From Octopus sinensis (taxonomy: Eukaryota), in assembly GCF_006345805.1 (NCBI RefSeq), contig NW_021835907.1:1-37600 (forward strand): DNA of 37,600 nucleotides, in the 5' to 3' direction. Under the pieces are notes generated by a model. The model was given only the letters and a program-made list of their open reading frames with translations. It did not search any database and was not told where the DNA came from. Shown here piece after piece: positions 1 through 11,839 of this stretch. The translations under genes were made by a program, and so were the position numbers. The number at the start of each line of letters is the position of its first letter. Within the stretch, counting starts at the first letter, position 1.

Positions 1-53
1 CTCAAGTCTTTAGAACAATATTGAATAATTTAATTTAATTAGGGAAAGGTGAA

Positions 54-129
54 GTCTTACAGCTGTTTCTGGAATATTCCAATTGATAGGGTAGCATGTC
101 CGTACGCTGGGTATTCCGTCATCAGAGAC
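54..129 (-). ncRNA. Type I hammerhead ribozyme motif (Penelope-like pLTR type)
   Basis: Minus strand reads GTCT-CTGATGA-c-GGAATA-[35 nt]-TATTCC-a-GAAA-CAGCTG-TA/AGAC. Stem I GTCT/AGAC, intact core, 6-bp stem II (C.A mismatch at its base), palindromic minimal stem III, GUA cleavage triplet. Confidence 0.75.
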
Positions 130-396
130 AAAGTGACTATGTATGACAGTTATAGACAGCGATATTCACAGTTTATAAGGAATAGAAGAGAATAAAGTAC
201 AAGTGTGTATATATGTTTATACATATATATATATATGTATGTGTGTGTGTGTGTGCGTATATATATGCATTTGTATGTATGCATACGAATATATGTGTAT
301 TTATATATGCAAATACATGCACATATATTTATACGTATACTATAGGTGCTATAGTGTACATTTATAATGCAAGGAAGTTTAAATCAATATATATAT

Positions 397-428
<32 letters not shown>

Positions 429-429
<1 letters not shown>

Positions 430-850
430 GGCGTAGGAGTGGCTGTGTAGTAAGTACATTGCTTCTCAAACACATGGCTCCGGGTTCATTCCCATTGCAT
501 GGCACCTTGGGCAAATGTCTTCCACTATAGCCTCGGGCTGACCAAAGCCTTGTGAATGGATTTGGTTGACGGAAACTGAAAGAAGCCCGTCGTATATATA
601 CATAAATGTATGTATGTAATGTATGTATGCATGTATGTATGTATGTATTTGTGTGTCTGTGTTCCCCTCCCCCCAGCATTGCTTGAGAACCGATGTTGGT
701 GCCTTTACGTCCCCGTAACTTAGCGGTTCGGCAAAACAGGCCGGTAGAATGCGTAGTAGGCTTACAAAGAATAAATCCCTGGATCGATTTGTCCGACCTG
801 ATAGCTATGCTCCAGCATGGCCGCAGTCAAATGACTGAAACAAGTAAAAG
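429..850 (+). mobile_element. tRNA-derived CORE-type SINE (family A) with internal (TA/TG) tract
   Basis: Head ggcgtaggagtggctgtgtagtaag (A-box-like) and ccgggttcattccc (B-box-like), CORE-like accttgggcaaatgtctt, tail ending atgactgaaacaagtaaaag. Homologous copies at 7949, 8319, 12708 and 33612. Confidence 0.85.
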
Positions 851-869
851 TACAAAAGAATATATACGT

Positions 870-870
870 A

Positions 871-906
<36 letters not shown>

Positions 907-1068
907 TGCGTGTATGCGTGTGCGTGTGTGTATGTGTGTGCGTGTGTGTGTGTGTGTGTGCGTGTGTGTGTGTGTGCGTGTGTGCGTGTGTGTATGTGTG
1001 TGTGTGCGTGTGTGTCTGTGTGTGTGTCTGTGTGTGTGTGCGTGTGTGTGTGCGTGTGTGTGTGCGTG
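870..1068. repeat. (TG/CG)n microsatellite
   Basis: Uninterrupted tgtg/cgtg run. Confidence 0.95.
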
Positions 1069-1365
1069 CTTCAATACAGAACAATCAAGCGCGAAAATGA
1101 GTCGTGCAAAAAACAAAATGTTGATGAAAAGTAAATATTGCGCATTATATACACTCACCTCCATTGTATTTGGTCCAGTGGGTGAGATATAAGGGTGTAC
1201 AGGGGCTGAGTGACTAGTGAAAAGTTTAGGGGACAAAATGAAACCCTCTCGTGTCTTTAATATTGTGAGAGATGCGTTTGTGCACATATGTTTATGAGTG
1301 TATCTGTGTATTTGTATGCAAATATGCGTGTATGTTTGTATGTGTGTTCTTGGATATATATCTAC

Positions 1366-1396
<31 letters not shown>

Positions 1397-1404
1397 CTTT
1401 CCTC

Positions 1405-1480
<76 letters not shown>

Positions 1481-1671
1481 GTATATATATACATATATAT
1501 ATATATATATACGTATATATAGAGAGAGAAAGAGAGATAGTATACATATATATATATCCACGCACACACATAAACACGCGCACACATCAACGGAACAATC
1601 AGTATATATTATATGTTATATTTATGTATGAGTCTATTTATGGATACCTGTGTTCGTGTGTATATAGGTAT

Positions 1672-1702
<31 letters not shown>

Positions 1703-2399
1703 TATAGAGAGAGAGAGAGAGAGACTGACAGACAGACAAAGAGATTGATTTACGTATGCACACACTCACATGTATCCATGAATATGTGTATGTCTTCACG
1801 CATGTGTATGAACATATTTGTGTATGTTGTGTGTATGTGTTTGTGTATGAGTGTTTTAATGTATGTATTTATGGAGGTACGTAAATACGTATGCATCTTC
1901 GTCTTATGCTTTCTATATCTCCGTTTGTATGTGTATACGTGTGCGTGCGTTCGTACGGACGTGCGTGCGTGTTTGCGAGTGTGTCTGCGCTTGTGAGCGT
2001 GTCTGTGTGTGTACGATTGTGTTTGTGATGCACGTGCAACAGGGAGTAGTTCGTAAAAGTACCTGAAAACTGAACGTCCATTGCTAGGAATTCCATCTTC
2101 AACTAACTCGTGTCCACTTAACGACACGTGCCGTCCACAGCGTGACATATTTTTCGTGACAGATGTCTATCGATGTGAAATAGCACAAGTGGTCCACCTA
2201 CCCGCCAGCCAACCACTAAAAGTATGGCTACCCTCATCAGGAGACCATTCATTCAGCGACAGACAACAACTGTCTCATAGACCGGCTGCATCCAATCGCT
2301 TTCATCTTCTACCGTTACTACGACATCTTTTTCTCTGAACTAGGAAGCTGCATGCCATCCTCTCCTAAGCCATCTAGCCACTCCAGCACACCTGTAACT

Positions 2400-3260
2400 C
2401 TTCCGTTTGTTGCTTCCTACTGTATCTGAATACCTGAACACATCAGATCTCACGACTGTCAATTTGTCCAGGCATGCCCTTTCTGAATGGTACCTCTGTG
2501 TCCTTTCTGAATGGTACCTCTGTGTCCTTTCAGAATGGTACCTCTGTGTCCTTTCTGTACGGTACCTCTGTGTCCTTTCTGAACGGTACCTCTGTATCCT
2601 TTCTGTACGGTACCTCTGTGTCCTTTCTGAATGGTACCCCTGTGTCCTTTCTGTACCGTACCTCTGTGTCCTTTCTGTACGGTACCTCTGTGTCCTTTCT
2701 GTACGGTACCTCTGTGTCCTTTCTTAATGGTACCCCTGTGTCCTTTCTGTACCGTACCTCTGTGTCCTTTCTGTACTGTACCTCTGTGTCGTTTCTGAAT
2801 GGTACCTCTGTGTCCTTTCTGAATGGTACTTCTGTGTCCTTTCTAAATGGTACCTCTGTGTCCTTTCTGTACGGTACCTCTGTGTCCTTTCTGAATTGTA
2901 CCTCTGTGTCCTTTTCTTCCTATACTCTTGTACTTTTGTACCGTCCCTTCTCAATCCATTCAGCCTCTCCGACATCTTTCGTATCTCTCCCTTTCGTAAC
3001 CCACTATTGTTCCTGAACACATCAGATCTCACAATAGTCAATTCTTCCAATCATACACCTTCTAAATAGTACCTCTGTACCCCTGTACACCTGTACACTT
3101 GTAGGCCTGAACTTTTGTATCATCCCTTCAAAAGTTATCTAGCTATTCCGACACACCCGTCTCTCTTCCTCTCGTTACTCCTTATTGTATCTGAACACAT
3201 CAAATTTCACAATATCTACTTCGTCCAATCATACCTCTTCTGAACAGTGCCCTTGCACTC
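2400..3260 (+). mobile_element. Triplicated ~180-bp decayed fragment resembling the N-terminus of a Penelope-like ORF
   Basis: ctgaacacatcagatctcac recurs at about 2434, 3013 and 3191. It translates as LNTSDLTTVNLSRHALSE..LCVLS and, in unit 2, ..GLNFCIIP, resembling the VxNLS..L..E..VL.KGL.F.P motif of PLE ORFs (recognised from memory). Confidence 0.45.
2478..2914. repeat. 24-bp minisatellite, about 18 copies (cctttctg[aa/ta][t/c]ggtacctctgtgt)
   Basis: Period of 24 read directly (2478, 2502, ...). It explains the SFLNGTSV and LSEWYLCV ORF repeats. Confidence 0.95.
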
Positions 3261-3790
3261 CATTACTCCTGTACTCCATTACCCCTGTACTCCTGTACTC
3301 CACTAGCCCTGTAATCCTGCACCCTTGCTATCCTATATCTACTCTCAACGCGTGAGTCAATGTTTACCGTTTCTTCTTTGACTAGATTTCTATAAGCATT
3401 TTTCGGAAAGCTTTGGGATGCAGCATCAGTAATGTTCATCGGTTTGTAGGGAATTTCAGGTTTTTAACATCAGACCACCACCATCACCACTAACAACAAC
3501 CACCCGTCCATTCGGCCCAGCTGGGGCTGATGAGGCTTTGGTTTAGATTCCAAAGGCAACAAACAACGAACCTTCTGTTTTTGTCCCAAAAGCACTTAAT
3601 AAGTTTTTTTTTGTGCATTCAGTGATAAAACTAAAGGCCTGCATTTTTTACTGCGTCAGTGATTCCGATCCTAATTAGCGATTTGCAGAGTAATCACCCT
3701 ACAAACCCTCGAAAGCTTGCATCAAATGGTTCACAGCCAACCCGTCGGCAACAGACTCCGCGCTGCTCCAAATAGTGACAATTCACTCCC

Positions 3791-4385
3791 GTTACATGGC
3801 CAGCACGCGAAATGTTTTCCCCACGAGACTTCCGGACCCCAGTAATGAACTCATTTGCATATAGCCAATCAGAGCTCACCTTGAACTAGTTGCCAAGTTA
3901 ACAAAGACACACTACCGAGTAAACTCAAGACGAAGTAAACTCAAGACGAAGAATGGTGTTGTAAAGTCGACCGATCGCCAAGTTATGCCTGATTTTAGAA
4001 GAAAACAAGTAATTAGATTTGCATCTATACCTATTATCGGATTTGTTAGGGCCCCACATGGTAAAGCTGTGGATGGGAAAAATGTGGGTAGAGGGTGATG
4101 TGCGAGCAGCCCTCTCCCCTTAGTGTTTTAGAAAGTAAACAACAACACAAATTACTACGCAGAGGCAGCCATGGTTGGAACAAGAACAAGAACAACAATC
4201 ATTCTTAAAAGAGAAAAGAAGCATGGTCATTCCTTACCCAAGGGACCTTATCTTATCGCCCATCACTTGTTATGCTCTCGTGAATTAGTTTGATAGTTGA
4301 GCTCTGATTAACTGTATGCAAATGAGATCATAACTGGGGTCCGGAACTATCGTGGAAAAAAAATTCGCGGCCGGCACCCGTAAAC
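3791..4385. mobile_element. Inverted-repeat element (arms ~3791-3880 and ~4298-4385), probable non-autonomous DNA transposon
   Basis: cgcgaaatgttttccccacgagacttccggaccccagtaatgaactcatttgcatatagccaatcagagctca is the diverged reverse complement of tgagctctgattaactgtatgcaaatgagatcataactggggtccggaactatcgtggaaaaaaaattcgcg. Confidence 0.7.
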
Positions 4386-5506
4386 TAATTTTTCTGGTTA
4401 TGTGGGTTTTTAAGAGGGCAGAATAAATTGCTCTTTTAGACTTACTCGCCTTTTTTTATCGTATTTTTCTCCACCCTTTGTCTGCCTTTCTTTCTTTCTC
4501 TCTCTCTCTCTCTCTCTCTCTCCGCACCCTCTCTCTCTCTTTTTCTTCCTCTTCTTGTGTGTCCTCACTAAAGCGTGGGTGTTCATTCCAAATGCAGTTT
4601 GTGATTCCAGCTTGAATGTGAGTGTCCACTCATATTCCAAAATCAATAAAGCATCGACCAACTGTAGATGACACAGTAGGCCCTTACAAGTTTCATATAC
4701 AAGACAGATTCTTCATCTGGAGACATTACAGTCTGAAAGTAGTCATAGCATTTCTGAATTGACACAAAAAATACCTCCACCACACAACTTTCGCACAAGC
4801 ATCTACTTGTAATTTCCTAAGTTAAACCACGAACTCATTAAGAGAACTCTTCCCCACAACGCATTAGTTCCGATGGTTTTGTAATGCAATACACCTGACT
4901 TACAGATGATACTTTCAAAACAAGGTTTACCCAACATGTGAACTCATTCAGGGGAAAACTCTAATTTCAGCGAAAACTCTAATTTCGACTCCCATTTCAC
5001 CTTGGAAACGCCGAGAGAATGGAATCGCTTCCAATGGTATAAACTAAATCATTTTCGAGGCAACATTCGGAATGCATAGTTTATTATTTGTGTCGTCAAG
5101 AAATTTCCCATTTGCCAAACTTAAACGATATTGCTGAACGACAAAAATACAATGCCATTCTGTTGTACTATTGGTCTTTCTACTGATTAATATTATATCA
5201 CCGACTGTTAATGCTATTTCATTTGTAGTTAATATTACATATACCAACAGCCTACAGTTTTCCATTAGACGAGATCTAAATTGTCTTCCTACTGACGAAA
5301 ATGGAACTAATTGCAGGGATTTTGTTGAGAATACATGATGCATCTGCGTATTTCCCAGTCACTTTGCATGCAAATGCAATACTTGAGTCGTGACCATTTG
5401 ATTGAAAATCTGTGCGGATTCGCGATAAAATTGACACGAGAGTCCATTTTGCTATACGTATGTATGTTTGTATATATGTATGTATTTATGTATGTATATA
5501 TATATA

Positions 5507-5920
5507 TATACTTTACATTGTCGAGCGGTTACTGTTTACATCTCGTTCAGAGATTTATTTTTGCTTGCAGACAGTTTTTCGAAATCAGTGACGGAAGTTA
5601 CTAGAAAAACACTCAAGTATTTGCATACAGGCTTTCCCTTTCATCGTAAACCGGTGATTACCGCCCGTTGACAAGAGGCAACAACCTCGAAACTGCGGTC
5701 CGTGCGTATCACTTAGGCTTACGAGAGAGGGATGGCCTCCCTTTGCAAATACCAATAGGGCACAAAATGGGTGCCTAACGCCAGCTGGAGACGATGATCT
5801 CCTGGGGCTAAAAGCTACAGTAACACCCACCCTTTGTGGTTAGCCATATTGAGATGGCTATTATACTTTACATTGTTCAGTGGTTACTGTTGACATCTCG
5901 TTCAGAGGTTTATTTTTGCT
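5507..5920 (+). mobile_element. 355-bp-period retrozyme/pLTR-like unit with a ~59-bp terminal direct repeat
   Basis: tatactttacattg..ggttactgt..acatctcgttcaga..tttatttttgct at 5507-5565 and 5862-5920. Contains an HHR and several hairpins. Confidence 0.7.
5654..5712 (+). ncRNA. Type I hammerhead ribozyme motif, U3-A8 core variant
   Basis: CGCCCG-TTGACAA-GAGG-caacaa-CCTC-GAAA-CTGCGG-TC/CGTGCG. Stem I (one mismatch) is extended by gtgat/atcac; near-palindromic stem III; GUC triplet ending at 5700. Confidence 0.75.
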
Positions 5921-5939
5921 ATATATATATATATATATG

Positions 5940-6240
5940 GTTTGCAGGAAACAAAAGACGAAGAGAGCTGAAGGAACAACAAGCAGGTGTATTAGTTTAA
6001 CGCTCATGAATAATGGCAAAGTCGTTGATGTTTCCAGCTTAGATTCTTCGACAGAAAGGATTGAGAGAGAGAAAAAAAAAATGCGGAGGAAGGACGAAAA
6101 AAAAAAGGTGAGAGAAGAAAATGTTCAAGGATTAACGGTTGAGCATCATGAAATGACCGCAGATGATGTCGCATGAATTTTATGACAATCGGAGAGAACG
6201 CGAAACAATTCATTTGGAGGATAACAATTCTCAAAGCACA
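5940..6240 (-). mobile_element. Decayed Penelope-like pLTR fragment, same family as 33380-33537, with a degenerate CUGUNGA hammerhead at 6021-6058
   Basis: aaaagacgaag...gtattagtttaacgctc...aaagtc...tttc...cttcgacagaaagga aligns with 33400-33506. Confidence 0.55.
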
Positions 6241-6426
6241 TCGTGCACAGCTATGAAGGCTGGCATGTAAATATAATGCTGAAATGGTCTTTTGAATTGG
6301 ATAACTCGAAGGTTGCTATTGGCTATGACTGCAGTTGCAGAGCTTCCAGACATATTATTTCCAATATATACATATACATGCATAGATACACACACACACA
6401 CACACACAACACACGCACACACACGT

Positions 6427-6774
<348 letters not shown>

Positions 6775-7108
6775 ACAAATATATACATATGTAAATTATA
6801 TATGTGTGTGTGTGTGTGTGTGCGCGGATGTATGTATGCGTAGATATGTGGGTATCTGTTTTCATATATGTGTCCCTGTACATGCATATGTGTGTACGTG
6901 TGTGTGTATGTGTGTGTGTCGGTGTGTATGCACATATGCATATATGTGGATCTATCTACAGATGTAAGTATGTTTCCATTTACCACATGCTATAGACAGA
7001 ATTCTGGATTGCTACACACATAGACATACATACACAGACACATATATACATATATATACGTACACATACTGGTATACATATGTGTATGTTAGTGCGAGTG
7101 CGTATGAA

Positions 7109-7161
<53 letters not shown>

Positions 7162-7173
7162 TACACACATATA

Positions 7174-7204
<31 letters not shown>

Positions 7205-7441
7205 TATATATAATAGAAATATTAAAATAACTAAGTCTCTCTAAAAGAGAACAGCGGCAGCGTTCCCGGAAAATAATAGTTATCGCCAGACTAATATGGC
7301 ATTCTTATAAAAATAAGAATAAAGCTGTCCGCTTATTAGCTCCATGAGGCCATCGCCTTAAGTTAGCTATTTGATACACAAACTGTATCCATATAACCTT
7401 CGATCAAGGGAGGTCAGTCGCTCCACACTACTTGACCGGCA

Positions 7442-7483
7442 GCTACAGACGCGTTTCGGGGTATTGCCCCTTTTCAATGCAGC
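7442..7483 (-). ncRNA. Type I hammerhead ribozyme motif, U3-A8 core variant
   Basis: Exact reverse complement of 7686-7727. Confidence 0.75.
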
Positions 7484-7685
7484 GTAGCCAGCCAGTAGGT
7501 GTCGCTTCTGACAATCTCTGTTCGATGGTTTTATTTATAAGAATAAAGCTGTCCGCTTATTAGCTCCATGAGGCCATCGCCTTAAGTTAGCTATTTGGTA
7601 CACAAACTGTATCCATATAACCTTCGAACAATAAATAAAACCATCGAACAGAGATTGTCAGAAGCGACACCTACTGGCTGGCTAC

Positions 7686-7727
7686 GCTGCATTGAAAAGG
7701 GGCAATACCCCGAAACGCGTCTGTAGC
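7686..7727 (+). ncRNA. Type I hammerhead ribozyme motif, U3-A8 core variant
   Basis: GCTGCA-TTGAAAA-GGGG-caata-CCCC-GAAA-CGCG-TC/TGTAGC. 6-bp stem I (one G.U), 4-bp stem II, palindromic ACGCGT stem III, GUC ending at 7721. Confidence 0.78.
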
Positions 7728-7912
7728 TGCCGGTCAAGTAGTGTGGAGCGACTGACCTCCCTTGTTCGAAGGTTATATGGATACAGTTTGTGTATCAAAT
7801 AGCTAATTTAAGGCGATGGCCTCATGGAGCTAATAAGCGGACAGCTTTATTCTTATTTTTATAAGAATGCCATATTAGTATGGCGTTAACTATTATTTTA
7901 TATTATATATAT

Positions 7913-7948
<36 letters not shown>

Positions 7949-8073
7949 CGCAGGAGTGACTGTGTGATAAGTAGCTTGCTTACCAACAACATGGTTACGG
8001 GTTCAGTCCCACTGCGTGACAACTCGGACAAGTGAGTGGATTTGGTAGATGGAAGCTGAAAGAAGCCCGTGGG
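7949..8073 (+). mobile_element. SINE family A head, internally deleted
   Basis: cgcaggagtgactgtgtgataagtagcttgc...gggttcagtcccactgcg...ctgaaagaagcccg. Confidence 0.8.
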
Positions 8074-8082
8074 ATATATATT

Positions 8083-8113
<31 letters not shown>

Positions 8114-8217
8114 GCGTGTGTGTGTGTGCGTGCGTGTGTGTGTGTGAATGTATTTGTATATATATATATATATGCATACATACATAAACACATATATATA
8201 GATGCACACACACATAT

Positions 8218-8305
<88 letters not shown>

Positions 8306-8318
8306 TGTATGTATGTAT

Positions 8319-8483
8319 AGGCGCAGGATTTGCTGTGAGGTAAGTAGCTAGCTTACCAACTAAACGGTTCCGGGTTCAGTTTAACTTCATGGCACCTTGG
8401 ACAAGAGTCTTCTACTATAGTGTTAGGCCGACCAAAGCCTTTTGAGTGGATCTGGTAGATAGAATCTGAAAGAAGCCCATCGT

Positions 8484-8486
<3 letters not shown>
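8319..8486 (+). mobile_element. SINE family A head
   Basis: aggcgcagga...ccgggttcag...ggcaccttggacaag...gaaagaagcccatcgtata. Confidence 0.8.
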
Positions 8487-8546
<60 letters not shown>

Positions 8547-8799
8547 AGTACATACATGTGTGTATGTGTATGTGTGTGTGTATCTGTGTGCGTGCGTGTG
8601 TGTATTGGAACATACATATATATATAAATTTCCATGTGTGTGTTTTCCTTGAAACCTTAGCCATACTTATACGATTAATAGGTGTGTATAAAATGTATGT
8701 GTAGACAATGTATATATAGTGATATACATGCGAAAATATGTGTACATCTGATAGCAAATGTATTTAAATATATATTACTATGAAAATAAATACTACGAT

Positions 8800-8871
<72 letters not shown>

Positions 8872-9182
8872 ATATACATGCACACATGTAAACATACATA
8901 TATATGTGTATATGTATATAATATTGTCCTATGTATTTATTTGATATATATACAAGTACTTGCATACACTTGTAAATATGTATATGTATATGAATGTGTG
9001 TGTGTGTATGCGTGTGTGTGTATGCGTGTGTGTACATACATTTATACATACATATGCAAACGTGGTATATAAATCATTATTGCAATCCTGAAAACATAAA
9101 GAGACATCTGATATGCATTTTAATATTTCTGCTTGTGCTTTGTATGTATGTATGTATGTATGTATGTATGTATGTATGCATG

Positions 9183-9238
<56 letters not shown>

Positions 9239-10165
9239 TACACATACGTAGAGATAGATAGATAAATACATACATTCATATGTAATGTGTGTGTATATAT
9301 GTGAAGTGTATTTGTAAATATACATATGCATGCATAAACATATATGTATATGCATATCTACATATGTATATATGTATATATGTGTATATTTATATATGCC
9401 TGTACGTATATACATATCTACATATATATGTATATATATATGTATGTAAATATATATATATATATGTATGTAAATATATATATATATATAGACACGTATA
9501 TATATATATATAATATATATATATGTATATACATGTATATACATGTGTACAAAATAACATGTTGATGCATTAAAAATGTCAGACACACAGCTGGTAATAT
9601 ATTTAAGTAACCAATCTCCTGTTGTCAATTGTAAACGAAACAAAAGATAATCGACAAAGAAACGAAACGTACACGAACTCTCATAGACGTGGGGGGCGTG
9701 TCCGATTATGTCAGTGGGTGTGGCTTATGTCGCAGCTAGCGTGACATGATGAAAGTTGATTATAATGGGCTCAGTATAATGTGGTCGCCACATGTACTCC
9801 ACGATGTAGGATGCTGTAGCATGGGAATGAATTACAAAACATGCTGATGTTATCGTTGGATATCCCTAGCGTCTTAAATTTACTGTGGTACTTAGATCGA
9901 TTATAATCTTAAGAAAGGCATCAATGCCACGGCCTCTCATCACTTTCTTTCCCACTTCCCATTTATCTTGAAACCTTTTTCGGCTTTTTTTGCAATAACT
10001 TTACATTTCATTCTTGCGGGATCGATAAAATAGCGATAAATTACCAGTCAAGGCCCAGGGATCTTTGACATTGATCTTTTCGCAATAAAAATTGCTAGAA
10101 AAGTACCTAAATCTAAAGCCAATATTGTTGTCATTGTTGTTGTTGTTTTTGTTATTCTTATTATT

Positions 10166-10702
10166 GGGTGAGAGAGCAGTGCATGCCATCATATTGACAC
10201 TGGGGTAAAATATACCAGTATACGAACCATGACTACCCCGACAAAGGTACACTAGGCACATGCATCACAACCATATGTGTGCGACATGGTGATCTCATAT
10301 CAAGATAAACTATCTATTACCTTGCAGGTGGAGACCAGTTAGGAATTTTCTTCAGGTCGAGTAGCCCATCGTGCTCCAAAGGTCCTTGTATAAGGCGCTT
10401 TTAAGGATGTTGAATGAAACACACATGTTTCCAAAGGTGAATTATCCAAACCTCCAAGAATCTCTCTTAACACACGGCTATGATGCTCCCCCACTACTTC
10501 TGCTCATGATCAGAGATGCACATATTGTCAGCCACTAAGGGACATGCTCAACTGGTTAAGGTCAAACAACTGACAAGCAAATCTGTGGTATTGAGCAGAA
10601 TATTTGATGTAGCCCATGTTTTATACCAAGACAAAACAATGTACATGATTACACTTCCAATCAGTTAAGATCAGAAGCCATGAGAGCCACTGTCTGGTAC
10701 TG

Positions 10703-10704
<2 letters not shown>
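10166..10704. mobile_element. ~530-bp interspersed non-coding repeat bordered by TAT/TGT arrays (copy 1)
   Basis: Shares long near-identical blocks with 20974-21485, e.g. aactggttaaggtcaaacaactgacaagcaaatctgtggtattgagcagaatatttg. Confidence 0.8.
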
Positions 10705-10748
<44 letters not shown>

Positions 10749-10758
10749 GTTATTATTA

Positions 10759-10823
<65 letters not shown>

Positions 10824-10826
<3 letters not shown>

Positions 10827-11564
10827 TAGTTTTATTTTTATAGCGTGCTTTCACTTCACTACCGAGCGCAGCTCTGTGTGCCTTGGGTATGTGCTGTGAT
10901 TTGTTGTGATGCTCTGGTGGTTATTGTATGGAAAGTGTTCTGCGTAGGATGTGTGCAGTGCCTAGTAGTGCAATTTTCTGTATGTTATATGCGTTTGTAA
11001 GTCCTGGTGTTTTTGTTATGTATTTGTCTGAATATTTTTTTATCATGCCTAATGCACCTACTATGATAGGAATTGTTTCTGTTTTCAGATTCCACATTCT
11101 AGTTACCACTATTTCCAGGTCTTTGTATTTTGAGAGTTTCTCCATTTCTTTTAGAGACACGTTGTCATCTGCCGGTATTGATACATCAATTAGAAAGCAT
11201 TTTTTTTCTTCATGATCTCTGACAACTATATCTGGTCTGTTGGCCTTAATTTCTCTATCTGTGTGTATCGGCATATCCCAGAGTATGGTTGCTTTCTCGT
11301 TTTCTGTGACCTTTCTGGTGTGTGCCTATACCATCTTTTTTCTGTTGTTATTCCATAATGTTGGCATAGCTTCCAATGTATGTAGGTTCCAACTCTGTCA
11401 TGTCTGTGAATATATTCCTTCTTAGCTAGGACTGGGCAACTAGAGATAATATGATTTATTGTTTCTTGTCCATCTCCACATATTCTGCAGTTACTTGTAA
11501 TATTTCTTTTCATTACATGCTTTTGGTAATTTCTGGTGGGGAGGCTTTGGTCTTGTGCTGCAAT
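10824..11564 (-). mobile_element. 5'-truncated R4/Dong-like RLE non-LTR retrotransposon (zinc knuckle, restriction-like endonuclease, 3' UTR)
   Basis: IAAQDQ, CRICG..ETINHIISSC, RHDRV, RPDIVV..CFLIDVSIP..EK..KY.DL, stop at 10921, one frameshift near 11310. Flanked on both sides by (TAA)n, the known Dong target. Confidence 0.88.
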
Positions 11565-11619
11565 TATTATTATTATTATTATTATATCGTCATCACCAGT
11601 ATTATTATTATTATCATCA

Positions 11620-11692
<73 letters not shown>

Positions 11693-11745
11693 CATTATTA
11701 TTATTGTTATATCATCATCATCATCATCATCATCATTATTATTAT

Positions 11746-11780
<35 letters not shown>

Positions 11781-11839
11781 TATTATTATTATTATTATTA
11801 TCATTATTATTATTATTATTACGCTAGTGTATGCTAATC

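Larger units (their letters stand above)
7270..7899. mobile_element. 630-bp fold-back element: ~269-bp inverted arms (7270-7538, 7631-7899) whose spacer is a direct duplicate of 7313-7407; PLE-pLTR/retrozyme-like
   Basis: The arms are near-perfect reverse complements. ataagaataaagctgtccgc recurs at 7313 and 7537 (period 224). Confidence 0.9.

Noticed and set aside
2478-2914. 24-bp array as a CRISPR array or repeat protein (SFLNGTSV)
   Set aside because: Head-to-tail units with no unique spacers, no cas genes and a eukaryotic context. The open frames result from the 24-bp period.
3527-3557. CTGATGA followed by a ctttgg/ccaaag hairpin
   Set aside because: No GAAA strand either downstream or about 29 nt upstream, so it cannot be called a hammerhead.
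5044-5343. 99-aa non-repetitive minus-strand ORF
   Set aside because: No recognisable motif or exon boundaries.
9690-9727. Sp/KLF-like boxes gggcgtgtcc and gggtgtggc
   Set aside because: Short motifs with no other promoter evidence.
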